Shown here piece by piece: positions 26,966 through 38,285 of a stretch of 64,000 nucleotides of DNA. The position numbers and the translations under genes are program-made. Source of the stretch: Candidatus Latescibacterota bacterium (lineage in GTDB: Bacteria; Latescibacterota; UBA2968; GCA-2709665); contig OZ244744.1 of the NCBI GenBank assembly GCA_965219455.1, forward strand, positions 3,067,907 through 3,131,906, given 5' to 3'. Below the pieces are notes generated by a model. The model was not told the origin of the DNA. It ran no database searches and saw only the letters and a program-made list of their open reading frames with translations. Position 1 is the stretch's first letter, and each line of letters starts with the position of its first letter.

Positions 26966-27864
26966 ACGATTCTTCCGGTGATTTGAAATCCTCCCCCAAC
27001 CCCTTAACGTCCCCTATTCCAATGCCCTTTTCGAAAGGCGGGGAGACGGAAGAGGGTAGACGCAAGAGCACCACGCTTCACATCACAGGGCACACGCTAC
27101 CCTAAGCAATTCTCTTCCCTTTAGATATTGCGAGAGTCCTGTCGCGGACGCCTCGTATGACAGAGTTACCAACACCTCTAACGTGACTTAGTCTGCCAAC
27201 ACCGATTTTGTTTTTGACAGATCCACCGGTTTTTAAAATTAACACTCTTGATAGCGCGCGAGGTATGATCAAGGTGGCATGTGGTGCTTCTTTTTAGGTA
27301 TCGTGATGGGTGCGTGTAGTCAGTCCGGCGGTAGTTATCGCGCTCCCAAACCCTTTCCACAGACACCAAAGAACCACTTGGAAAGGAGACCCAAAACACT
27401 AATTACATACCCCGTCCGAAACCCCACAATCGCCACTTCCAAGTGGCCTGATTAGACCTTACAGTCAGACTTTCAGGCAAGATGCTTTCATGTTTCTTCA
27501 TGCTGCCAGCTAACGAAAGGCGTTGAAATGTCCTCTCCGCATCAGCCGTCGCAGGCCCTTCGGTGCTTCGACAACGCTTCGACAAGCTCAGGGCAAGCCT
27601 CAGGGACATCAAGATCACGGACCGGCTCGGCTTCTGCCTGCCTGTCTGCGGACGCAGGCAGGCGACTCCCCCTCAACGGGGAGTGATTAGACCACTTAAC
27701 GGGCTCGCGCGTTCAATGTGCCGCCTATTTGGTTGCTGCTGAGTACAGCGAAGCCGCGTTAGGGCGATCAGTGACAAGGTTATGTCACCAATATGCGGAC
27801 AAAAAAGAACGCCCTGGACCGGAGTATAACCCAGGGGCGGACAATGCGTGAATATGTCTCTAAA

Positions 27865-28368
27865 TCAATCCCTCCAGCGAGTTGTCTTCAAGAACCATTC
27901 CCACTCCTTTTTTGCTTCTTGATACTCGGATCTCATAGTGTCGATGGAGTCTACCGGAGCGCCTTTTATCTCCATATTTTCTAGTTTCAATCTTAAAAGT
28001 TCTGTCTGATTCATAAGACTAAAGCCCTTAATATGGATGAGGTTATTGGGGACGTCAAGATTTCTGTATTCCCAACTGAGCAGTTTATAACGAGCTATAG
28101 AAAGAGAATCAGCCGGCACTTTGAAAGTAAGTACAAGGTCTTTCGGATAGCGAAAACCCGTATATAACTTTATGGGTCCTGAATATCGTCGAAAAAGGGC
28201 CAAAATGTCGCCAAACTCTGATACCCATTTTTCACATCGTTCGACACTAAGTAGAAAATCACGCCGAGAAAATTGTTCAGGTTTCACATAGGATTCATCC
28301 ATATTTTCTACAGCCGTACTGGGAGACCAGGAAAGGAGGAATACCAAGAGGAAGATGAATTTTTTCAT
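27865..28368 (-). CDS. Hypothetical secreted protein
   Basis: Signal peptide MKKFIFLLVFLLSWSPSTAVEN. 5-nt gap to the upstream gene. AT-rich composition. No family recognised. Confidence 0.5.
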   Translation of the reverse strand: MKKFIFLLVFLLSWSPSTAVENMDESYVKPEQFSRRDFLLSVERCEKWVSEFGDILALFRRYSGPIKLYTGFRYPKDLVLTFKVPADSLSIARYKLLSWEYRNLDVPNNLIHIKGFSLMNQTELLRLKLENMEIKGAPVDSIDTMRSEYQEAKKEWEWFLKTTRWRD

Positions 28369-28373
28369 AACTC

Positions 28374-28973
28374 CTACTCCCTCGCTATTCGGGCTTGCTT
28401 TATTAAGGCGCCTTCAACGGCAGAGAGGTCAAATTTGAAGGTCCATTTATCCAGGTGTTTTACTACTTCTGAAGGGTGCTGGCCCGGTTTTCGTTTAGGG
28501 AGTTCCCGTAGAAATACATAGAGTGTACGAAATTCACCAGTCTTTAATTGCCGGAGCATAGGTTTCGAATCATGGGCCGAGAACAAGAGAAGATTACGAT
28601 TTTTGTAATATTCCGTAAAGGTACAAGGGAATATCCCCATTAATTCCGAACCATGCTTAGTATTTAACCGAAATACGACATCTTGAGTGAATTCATTTTT
28701 CTGTTTGGGATTAACAAAACGGTCATATGGGTAATCAATAACAATGAAGGTAGGTGCGATAAGAAGTGTGCAATGAAGCGGATCTGCTTGATCCTTAGCG
28801 TCAAATCGATACCGAGAACCAATCTCACCCCGTTTTTCCAACAAAGTTACTTCTTCGAAAGGCGCACGTGTCCGAGTCATCGTCCAACCCGAATCAAGTG
28901 TATCAGGAAGACTCGCCAATGCGTGATGATCAGCAAAAATCACTAGAAACAGCAATAGGATCAGGCGATACAT
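28374..28973 (-). CDS. Hypothetical secreted protein
   Basis: Signal peptide MYRLILLLFLVIFADHHALA. Same operon and composition as its neighbours. No family recognised. Confidence 0.5.
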   Translation of the reverse strand: MYRLILLLFLVIFADHHALASLPDTLDSGWTMTRTRAPFEEVTLLEKRGEIGSRYRFDAKDQADPLHCTLLIAPTFIVIDYPYDRFVNPKQKNEFTQDVVFRLNTKHGSELMGIFPCTFTEYYKNRNLLLFSAHDSKPMLRQLKTGEFRTLYVFLRELPKRKPGQHPSEVVKHLDKWTFKFDLSAVEGALIKQARIARE

Positions 28974-29004
28974 TTAGTCCACACCTATTCGGTGATTGTG
29001 TCTT

Positions 29005-30441
29005 TCAAAACGGACAATAGCCCTGCTCAATAAAATGGTAGGAACGGACGGCCGCTTCTCGAACAGCTAATTCTGGATCATTCATAATCAGTTCTTTTAA
29101 AAGAGTCATTATTTCTTCACCACCGTAATATATAAACAAACTGACTATTTGCGCGCGGGTAGCATTATTTGAAGAACGAGCCGCCTGGAGCAATGCCTCT
29201 CTTATCTGATTTCTTCGTTGCTCGCTAGGGGACCCGAGCAACCCATGGTGTACTATCCCTGTGCGAAGCATTTTAACTAGGGTTTGTTGGCGATCAGGAA
29301 ACTGATGTTGCAGGAGGATCTTTGTGATACTCTCAGTCACCTGCTCAGAAGAATGGTCTAACCACACACCAAATTCCTCTAGAAAAGTAACAAAACGTTC
29401 GTCTGCCTGATCAACAATCATAGCGTAAAGCGCCCTACTTCGTACCGAATCAATCGCTGAGGATTTGAAAACAGAATAGCGAAGGTCGTGGGATCTAGCT
29501 GAATCGATATAGTGATTTGTTATTTTCAATAATAATTGTCGATATGGCTCCGGCCACTGTTCTTGCGGCAAGGTGTTCAAGTTATCGATCAAGGTAAAGG
29601 CGATCCAAAAGTCCATCGGTACGCTCACGCGTTCCCAATCTTCCAGTTGTTGTAAGCGTGGGTATTTAATCTCTGCAAACCATTCTGACGCTTCTGGTAT
29701 CACTTTTATAACATTCCAAGCCTTATTGCGTTCACGTAATCTTGGTGCATGTCTACTGACCGAATCTAATATCGCGAACATATGCCGGTCAGCCGAGTCT
29801 GAAAAATTACTTAGAGCTTCCAAGGCTGTTTCTTTAGCCCTTCCATTGCGAACTACGTGTAGCAATCCCTTCTTGATCTGTTCCCACTCTTTCCCTTCCT
29901 TTAATAGGAATGGTCCTTCTTTGAACATCTTTTTAAAGGTATTTATGGCATAGTATTGATAGTGCCAATTATTGTCGTGATACAAGGCTCTTGCAGTAGC
30001 CTCAACAGCACCTGCACCAATAGCGACTAAACCATCAATGCTTTTATTTGAACCATGGTGCAACCAACTTGCCAGAAAAGGCGCAAAACGAGCATCTTCT
30101 TGTCTCCCAGCTAACGCTACAAACTCATATTCAAGCTCCATGTTTGTATCGTAGTCAGGTCTTCCTCGTTCTCCCCAATCTACTTCGCTAGGATTCCTCT
30201 GCAAGGCGGTACGTATTTCATTATATTTTTCTAAAGTCTCCAGCAAAAAAACCCTGGCATGCTCCGGTAGGGGTGGCAAATATATACTCATTTGATATAG
30301 TACGTCGTACACCGTGCTCGCGTTTCCATCTCCCAATGCTGTTCTCCACTCATGTACCTGTTCTTTGGATATAAGTTCATCCGCTTGTATCGTCAGCGGC
30401 GTGAGGCCCACAATAACAATAGCAAATACGGCAATTCGCAT
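29005..30441 (-). CDS. Hypothetical secreted alpha-helical (HEAT/ARM-like) repeat protein
   Basis: ORF to 30561; ATG 30441 gives signal peptide MRIAVFAIVIVGLTPLTIQA. Helix-rich with HEAT-like ending NDPELAVREAAVRSY. Confidence 0.5.
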   Translation of the reverse strand: MRIAVFAIVIVGLTPLTIQADELISKEQVHEWRTALGDGNASTVYDVLYQMSIYLPPLPEHARVFLLETLEKYNEIRTALQRNPSEVDWGERGRPDYDTNMELEYEFVALAGRQEDARFAPFLASWLHHGSNKSIDGLVAIGAGAVEATARALYHDNNWHYQYYAINTFKKMFKEGPFLLKEGKEWEQIKKGLLHVVRNGRAKETALEALSNFSDSADRHMFAILDSVSRHAPRLRERNKAWNVIKVIPEASEWFAEIKYPRLQQLEDWERVSVPMDFWIAFTLIDNLNTLPQEQWPEPYRQLLLKITNHYIDSARSHDLRYSVFKSSAIDSVRSRALYAMIVDQADERFVTFLEEFGVWLDHSSEQVTESITKILLQHQFPDRQQTLVKMLRTGIVHHGLLGSPSEQRRNQIREALLQAARSSNNATRAQIVSLFIYYGGEEIMTLLKELIMNDPELAVREAAVRSYHFIEQGYCPF

Positions 30442-30730
30442 CACACTATTCCCTGCGTTTAAAAGAGACCGGCAGGATAACGCCGAAAACGGGAGGCTTC
30501 GACTATTGGTTCTCCGGACACGGCTACTTACTGTCATAAATTCCAGGCTTACCAGTCTCACAGTAATCCTACGGAAGCCATTTTGCTCTGCTCTCCCTTT
30601 CCTTTAGGAGAGGGCTTCGAGGGGAGGAGGTTTAGCTGACGGCTGTTGGCTGAGTGCTGCCGTTGGGGTGCTTTTCGTCGGCTCGGTCAACGATTCACAG
30701 GCTCCCTGCAAGGACTTCGCGGGGCCCCTC

Positions 30731-31381
30731 TCAATAAATGCCGGGAATAATCCGGTACTTCACCCGCGCCTGATATTCCGCCCACTTTTCGGGGCCGTAT
30801 TTCTCGGCACAGCGCCTGTCGTCCTGAACCTGACGTATGGTGAACAACGTGACGATGAAGACAAAGTAGGTCCAGGCCCAGAGATTGGTGAAGTGGCCGA
30901 ACACCAGGGCGATTGACAGGGAAAGAAACCCCTCGCCCAGGTAGTTGAAGTGGCGGGCGACACCCCATAGAACGCTGCACAGGATCTTGCGGTCACCGGC
31001 CTCAATAGATTCAGGCTCGATGAGACCCAGAAACTTGCGCTCCGGCCATCGCTTGAACGTGTATTTCTGCATATTGGCGCCGCGCGAGATCCCCCACCCG
31101 ACCAGAAACAGCGCAGGCGTTCCGATGAGCCAAAACTTCGACCACGCCGGCGAGAATCCGGGGTCCGGGTAAGCGGCCATGGCCCACAGCGCCAGGAGCG
31201 CATTCTTTATCCTGCCTTGCGGCTGGCTGAACACCGCTACGACTGTAAAGATAGTGGTGAAAACCGTTCCGCCGGCCACGGCATAGATCGATGACCGGTA
31301 GAACCAGTCGCGCGTCAGCCCGGTGAGCTCGAACGCCCACACGATCAGCGCGATTGTAAATACCAGAATACCGTTCAGCCG
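30731..31381 (-). pseudogene. C-terminal part of an ERG4/ERG24 / DUF1295-type (sterol-reductase superfamily) membrane protein, cut by an IS
   Basis: ARHFNYLGEGF...RQVQDDRRCAEKYGPEKWAEYQARVKYRIIPGIY C-terminal signature. The frame stays open upstream of the GTG (RLNGILVFTIALIVW) up to the IS junction. Confidence 0.6.
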
Positions 31382-31385
31382 TTAG

Positions 31386-33272
31386 TCTCTAATTAAGCGG
31401 GTTTTTTGAGATTTTTATGTACAAAAGTACCGGAAAGACTTATCTTAGTTGGAGTTAGAAGTATCAGACAGTCTGTTGATACACCAACGAAGGGGGTCTT
31501 TCCGGTGAAGAGAATATCGGTAAAAGAAAGCCGCAGGAACAGTGTTAATTGTGGGCGCAAGGTACGTACTCGGCAAAAGCTTGGCGGTCGTTTTTGTGCA
31601 CAAGGCAAGCCGATGTTTGGCAGCACCTATGTGCATTACGAGGTCAGCGCGCAAGCAGCAGCGATGAGCTGCGGTGGCATTGCGGCCGTGCATCGTCTGG
31701 TGACCAAATTGGGATTGGTCGAAGAGATAGACGAGAAGTTGAAGTTGTTGAAGGTTCATCTGCCGTATCATGAGTCGGATCACGTGTTGAACCTTGCCTA
31801 CAACGTGATGTGCGGTGGCACGCGTCTGGAAGACATCGAGCGTTTGCGGCACGACGAGGCCTACATGAATGCGTTGAACGCGAAGCTGATCCCGGACCCG
31901 ACGACTGCGGGCGACTTTACGCGTCGCTTCACGGAAGCTGACGTGATCGGGCTGATGGACTGCATTAACGCGGTACGGTCTAAGTTGTGGCGCACGCGGG
32001 CCGCCAGTTTGCTTTCTTCGGTAGCGTACATCGACGTGGATGGCACAAGCGCCCCAACGTATGGGGAGAAGAAGGGCGGCATGGACATCTCCTACAAGGG
32101 CGTGTGGGGGTATGCGCCCCTGATCGTATCGTTGGCCAATACCAAAGAGGTGCTGTATATCGTCAACCGTCCGGGCAACGCGTCTTCTCACCAGGGGGCC
32201 GCCCCCTGGATCGATGCGTCCATCCGGGTGGTGAAGCCCCACGCCAAGCGCGTGTGCCTACGCGGCGACACGGACTTTTCGCTTACGGCTCACCTCGATC
32301 GCTGGGCAAAGGACGTCGATTTCATCTTCGGGATGGACTGCAATGACGCCTTACGAACACGGGCCAAGGCCCTTGACGAAGCCAACTGGCAGCGCCTGCA
32401 CCGACCTCACGCGCCCCAGAAAAGGCAGCGGCGCGACAATGAGAAGCAGCGTATCGTCAAGGCGCGGGGCTACCTCAAGCTGGCGCTGAACTTCGAAGAC
32501 GTGGCCGAGTTTGACTACCAGCCCGGCAAGTGCAAACGCCCCTACCGCGTTGTGGCGCTGCGAAAAAACATCAGTAAGGCCAAAGGTGAGCAGACCCTCT
32601 TCGACGAAATCCGCTATTTCTTCTACATCACCACGCGCGACGACCTGACGCCCGCCGAGGTCGTCTTTGCTGCCAACAAACGATGCGACCAGGAAAACGT
32701 CATCGAACAGCTCAAGAACGGCGTCAATGCCCTGCGCGTGCCCTTGTATGACTTGATCAGCAACTGGGCCTACATGGTCATCGCCGCGCTGGCCTGGAAC
32801 ATCAAGGCGTGGTTTGCCTTGATGATGCATCGAAAAAAACACCGCCGACACTATATCCGTATGGACTTCCGGACCTTCCTCTCACACATCATCCTTTTTC
32901 CCTGTCGTGTCGTGCGACACGCCCGAAGCACCACCGTGCGCATCATCGGCTATCAGCCGTCACTGAATAGACTCTTGAGCGCCTGGGCTACCATCGAACG
33001 CACCGGCTTCACATGACACCCGCACGAACCGTCATCACATACCACGGGATCCACGACGCCCACGGCGACGTAACGGACAAATACGCCTACACCACAACCA
33101 GACACCAACAACACACCCCTAACGCTGCGCTTTACCACACCAACTTACACTCCACAAACCTCAAAACGACCTCCCGCGCACCTCAATAGACAACACACAT
33201 ACGTCATTCAACCACAACGTCGCACAAATCTGCAATTCTGTTCACCAAACACCAATACTCGCTTATTTTAGG
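31386..33272 (+). mobile_element. IS1380-family insertion sequence (about 1.89 kb) with target-site duplication
   Basis: Single DDE transposase ORF. Imperfect ~15-bp terminal inverted repeats: left CTAATTAAGCGGGT, right reverse complement CTAAAATAAGCGAGT. GTTAG (or TTAG) direct repeat at 31381-31385 and 33273-33277. Confidence 0.7.
31613..33016 (+). CDS. IS1380-family DDE transposase
   Basis: ATG 31613 within ORF 31406..33016. SCGGIAAVHRLVTKLGL N-terminal motif; YKGVWGYAPLIVSLANTKEVLYIVNRPGNASSHQGA; VCLRGDTDFS; CDQENVIEQLKNG. Confidence 0.8.
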   Translation: MFGSTYVHYEVSAQAAAMSCGGIAAVHRLVTKLGLVEEIDEKLKLLKVHLPYHESDHVLNLAYNVMCGGTRLEDIERLRHDEAYMNALNAKLIPDPTTAGDFTRRFTEADVIGLMDCINAVRSKLWRTRAASLLSSVAYIDVDGTSAPTYGEKKGGMDISYKGVWGYAPLIVSLANTKEVLYIVNRPGNASSHQGAAPWIDASIRVVKPHAKRVCLRGDTDFSLTAHLDRWAKDVDFIFGMDCNDALRTRAKALDEANWQRLHRPHAPQKRQRRDNEKQRIVKARGYLKLALNFEDVAEFDYQPGKCKRPYRVVALRKNISKAKGEQTLFDEIRYFFYITTRDDLTPAEVVFAANKRCDQENVIEQLKNGVNALRVPLYDLISNWAYMVIAALAWNIKAWFALMMHRKKHRRHYIRMDFRTFLSHIILFPCRVVRHARSTTVRIIGYQPSLNRLLSAWATIERTGFT

Positions 33273-33273
33273 G

Positions 33274-33462
33274 TTAGTTGCGGGGCTCGCCGGTCTCCGG
33301 ATTGATGACGTAGCCGGGAACCCGTTTTCCAGGCCGTATGAGCTGCGCCAGGAAAAACACGGCGAAGATCACGAGCGGGGTGAAATACCCCGCAATCGCT
33401 TCCGTCCCTGAAAGTTCGAAAAGGTGGCCAATACCGAGCCATTCAATCATCGTCGAATGCAC
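33274..33462 (-). pseudogene. Probable N-terminal part of the IS-split membrane-protein gene
   Basis: MHSTMIEWLGIGHLFELSGTEAIAGYFTPLVIFAVFFLAQLIRPGKRVPGYVINPETGEPRN. Same frame as 30731..31381 once the IS and one TSD copy are removed. The stop lies in the TSD. Confidence 0.45.
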
Positions 33463-33577
33463 CTTCCTCCAGTGACGGGGTCATTCTCGATGATAGTCTC
33501 CATCAGCTTGCCGGAGGGGAGTCGACGGTGGTAAGTTCGCGGGCCGCCGGCCAACGCAAAGAGCAGTTTGGCCGTGT

Positions 33578-34051
33578 TTAACCGGACTCGCGCAGCGCCC
33601 TTAGCACCGCCGCGCCGTGCTCGGCGGGCCGGGCCCGTTTCCAAACCCTGGTCAGTATTCCATCGGGGCCAATGATGAAAGTCGACCGCGTCATTCCCTG
33701 GAACCGACGACCATAGAGGACTTTCTCACCCCATGCGCCATAGCGCGTGGCGACGGTTGCTTCGTCATCTACCAGCAGGGGAAACGGCAGCCGTTGGCGT
33801 TCGCGGAAATCCCGGTGCGAATCGGCATCGTCTCTCGAAACACCGAGCACGATTGCACCCTCGGCCAGGATTTCGGCGTGATGATCCCGAAAAGAGCAGG
33901 CCTGAGTCGTACAACCCGGGGTCTCATCGCGCGGATAGAAGTAGAGGACGACCGTCCGGCCCCGGTATCCGGCCAGCGAATGGATGTTGCCGTCCTGGTC
34001 CGCGAGCGCGAATTCCGGGGCAACGTCGCCTGCCCCCAGCGTGATTGCCAT
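33578..34051 (-). CDS. bcp: Thioredoxin-dependent thiol peroxidase (peroxiredoxin Q/BCP)
   Basis: VVLYFYPRDETPGCTTQACSFRD active-site block, 157 aa. Confidence 0.9.
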   Translation of the reverse strand: MAITLGAGDVAPEFALADQDGNIHSLAGYRGRTVVLYFYPRDETPGCTTQACSFRDHHAEILAEGAIVLGVSRDDADSHRDFRERQRLPFPLLVDDEATVATRYGAWGEKVLYGRRFQGMTRSTFIIGPDGILTRVWKRARPAEHGAAVLRALRESG

Positions 34052-34220
34052 CGTGGTCCCTTCTTATACTACCTTCAACGAATATGCGCTGCAGGCCGAA
34101 GTGCGGCTTCGGGACGAATTGCTCTACGTCAATGACGCGTTGTCGACTGATGCCCTGCATTCCGCGCCTATCTCGGCTCCTCGGATGCTCGGATGCCGCC
34201 GTGGCGAGCACCCGATGAGA

Positions 34221-36356
<2,136 letters not shown>

Positions 36357-36861
36357 TTACCTCCCGTTAGATGTTCTGGATATGGCGCAACCCTACGGAA
36401 CCGTTGCAAGCCTGGTGTATTGTTGGCGTATAGGAAGAAAATACGACGTTCTCTCGTTCACAGGCAAGGGGAATCTGGCGGGAAATGGGACAGGTTCGGG
36501 CGTCCAGCCCCCGCAGGAGCGGTGCTACCGGGATGCGTGGCGGAGCATGCACCAGCCTGCTGCCGGATGCCGGGCGTCGGATACGTCGAATTGCCGCGAT
36601 GTGGGTCTGGCTGCCGGCGCAGGTGGCCATTCACGCCACGCGAGGACACAATTCTCCCCGGTCGCACGTAAGGCGGCCAAGGGAAAGGCCGGGTTAGCCC
36701 GCGTGTTCGAATTCGGTCTGAGGTTGGAGCGTTAAGGTGTGATGGGTGGTGGACGCGAGGCAAGACCGGCCCCGGCGAGGCAGGTGCGAATGGCCAGGGG
36801 CCGGATGAGTGCGGTGACGGTCTTCATCGAAGGACCTGATTGAGGAAAGTGCAGGTGCCAA

Positions 36862-37731
36862 TCAGCGGATCTGGATGCGTAGTAATTTGCTCCGGACTGC
36901 ATCCAGGAATCTGTTTTTCTCTCGACGATTGAAATACTCAGCCGTCCGTTGTGCGCCGTATATATTGCCCAGGTGGAAAAGTCCTGCTATGGAAATTGCA
37001 AAGTAGGTCGTCAGGTGACTGTTTTTCTCACTCCGGTTAAATTTGTACATTGCGTAAGAAGAAAAGGCAAATGCCGTGACAAAACCCAATGCCTGTAGTC
37101 CATCGTAGTAGTGTTTAGAGTAAATCTGACCGCTTCCAGGCAGAAAGGCCGACATGGTGGCTGCCAAATGCGGATTTCTCCGGGGCAGATTACCTGCCTG
37201 CAAGGCATCCTGCGAAACATCACTGGCGATCTGTCCGACCAGAGTCTGTGGATGGGTCAGGGCAATTTCGCTGAAATCCTGGCTGGCTCTGCGCCAGTTG
37301 CCGGACTCCAGGATCAGCAGCCCCAGATAACAGGCGGCCAGGCCATTGCTGTCTATCGCTGCTGCCTGCCTCCAGTAACTCCGAGCCTTGGAATGCAATT
37401 TCATTTGATAGTAATTCAGTCCCAGAAATATCAGTGCCTTGTAATGGTAGTTTTCTTCTATATTGGGATGGTTCAGCAGACGAGAAAGGAATGTTATGGA
37501 AGCTTTGTAGCGGTGACTATTGTAGTAGGACAAGGCAATCTGCGCCAGGCAGTACTGTTCAAGGGATCGCTTACCCGTATAGTACAAGGCTTCTTTGTAA
37601 GCCGATATCGCCCTATAAAAGTCCTTGTCTTTGAACAGATGGTCGGCGTAATCCAGTTGCGTTTGAGCCGGGATGGTGCTGTGAATCGCGAATATCAGAA
37701 TGACAACCGTGAGGACTCTGTTTCTATACAA
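36862..37731 (-). CDS. Secreted TPR-repeat protein with DUF5683-like C-terminal membrane segment
   Basis: Signal peptide. TPR-like helices (YRAISAYKEALYY, YKALIFLGLNYYQM). LPGSGQIYSKHYYDGLQALGFVTAFAFSSYAMYKF. AT-richer DNA. Confidence 0.55.
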   Translation of the reverse strand: MYRNRVLTVVILIFAIHSTIPAQTQLDYADHLFKDKDFYRAISAYKEALYYTGKRSLEQYCLAQIALSYYNSHRYKASITFLSRLLNHPNIEENYHYKALIFLGLNYYQMKLHSKARSYWRQAAAIDSNGLAACYLGLLILESGNWRRASQDFSEIALTHPQTLVGQIASDVSQDALQAGNLPRRNPHLAATMSAFLPGSGQIYSKHYYDGLQALGFVTAFAFSSYAMYKFNRSEKNSHLTTYFAISIAGLFHLGNIYGAQRTAEYFNRREKNRFLDAVRSKLLRIQIR

Positions 37732-37753
37732 TTCGACCTCCGTTCAGACCGGC

Positions 37754-38281
37754 CTATTTGGTGGGGGAGAACTGGACGATGCAGAGCCTCGAGTATTGTC
37801 TTGAATTTTCCGGTGGGCCTACGATGCTGGTCGACAGCTGCTGGTAACCGGGAGTTTGAAGATGAGGTTTATCAGTTTCCGGATATAAGAAAAAACTGTC
37901 ATCCAGCTTTAGCACACCATCTTTCGATTCTCTTAGACCGTAATGCCAAAAACTGCTCGAGTTCTCCCGATAGAAGTACCGGTCAATGAAAACCGAAACA
38001 CCCAGTATCAACCCGTACTTATCTATTGCCTGTCGGGCATAGTTAGAGCAGGATATATGAAACGGACAGCGACTTATGGAATTCGGTCCTATTTTTTTTT
38101 GATAAAACTGAATCATCCTGTCAGTTATCAGCCTTCCCAGACCTGGACGAGAAAAAAAACGGGCAGCAGGCAGGGAGATATCTTCCGGTTCCCAGGCCGA
38201 TATTTCTATATAGTCATCCTGGGCACTCACAGTACTGGAAACAAAAAAACATGCAATCAGAAAGGTGGCTGCTTTTCCCAT
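37754..38281 (-). CDS. YidD-domain (membrane protein insertion efficiency factor-like) protein with N- and C-terminal extensions
   Basis: MIQFYQKKIGPNSISRCPFHISCSNYARQAIDKYGLILGVSVFIDRYF matches the YidD core (C-x-F-x-P-[ST]-C-S). 175 aa, against about 80 aa for canonical YidD. N-terminal signal peptide. Confidence 0.6.
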   Translation of the reverse strand: MGKAATFLIACFFVSSTVSAQDDYIEISAWEPEDISLPAARFFSRPGLGRLITDRMIQFYQKKIGPNSISRCPFHISCSNYARQAIDKYGLILGVSVFIDRYFYRENSSSFWHYGLRESKDGVLKLDDSFFLYPETDKPHLQTPGYQQLSTSIVGPPENSRQYSRLCIVQFSPTK

Positions 38282-38285
38282 TGAC

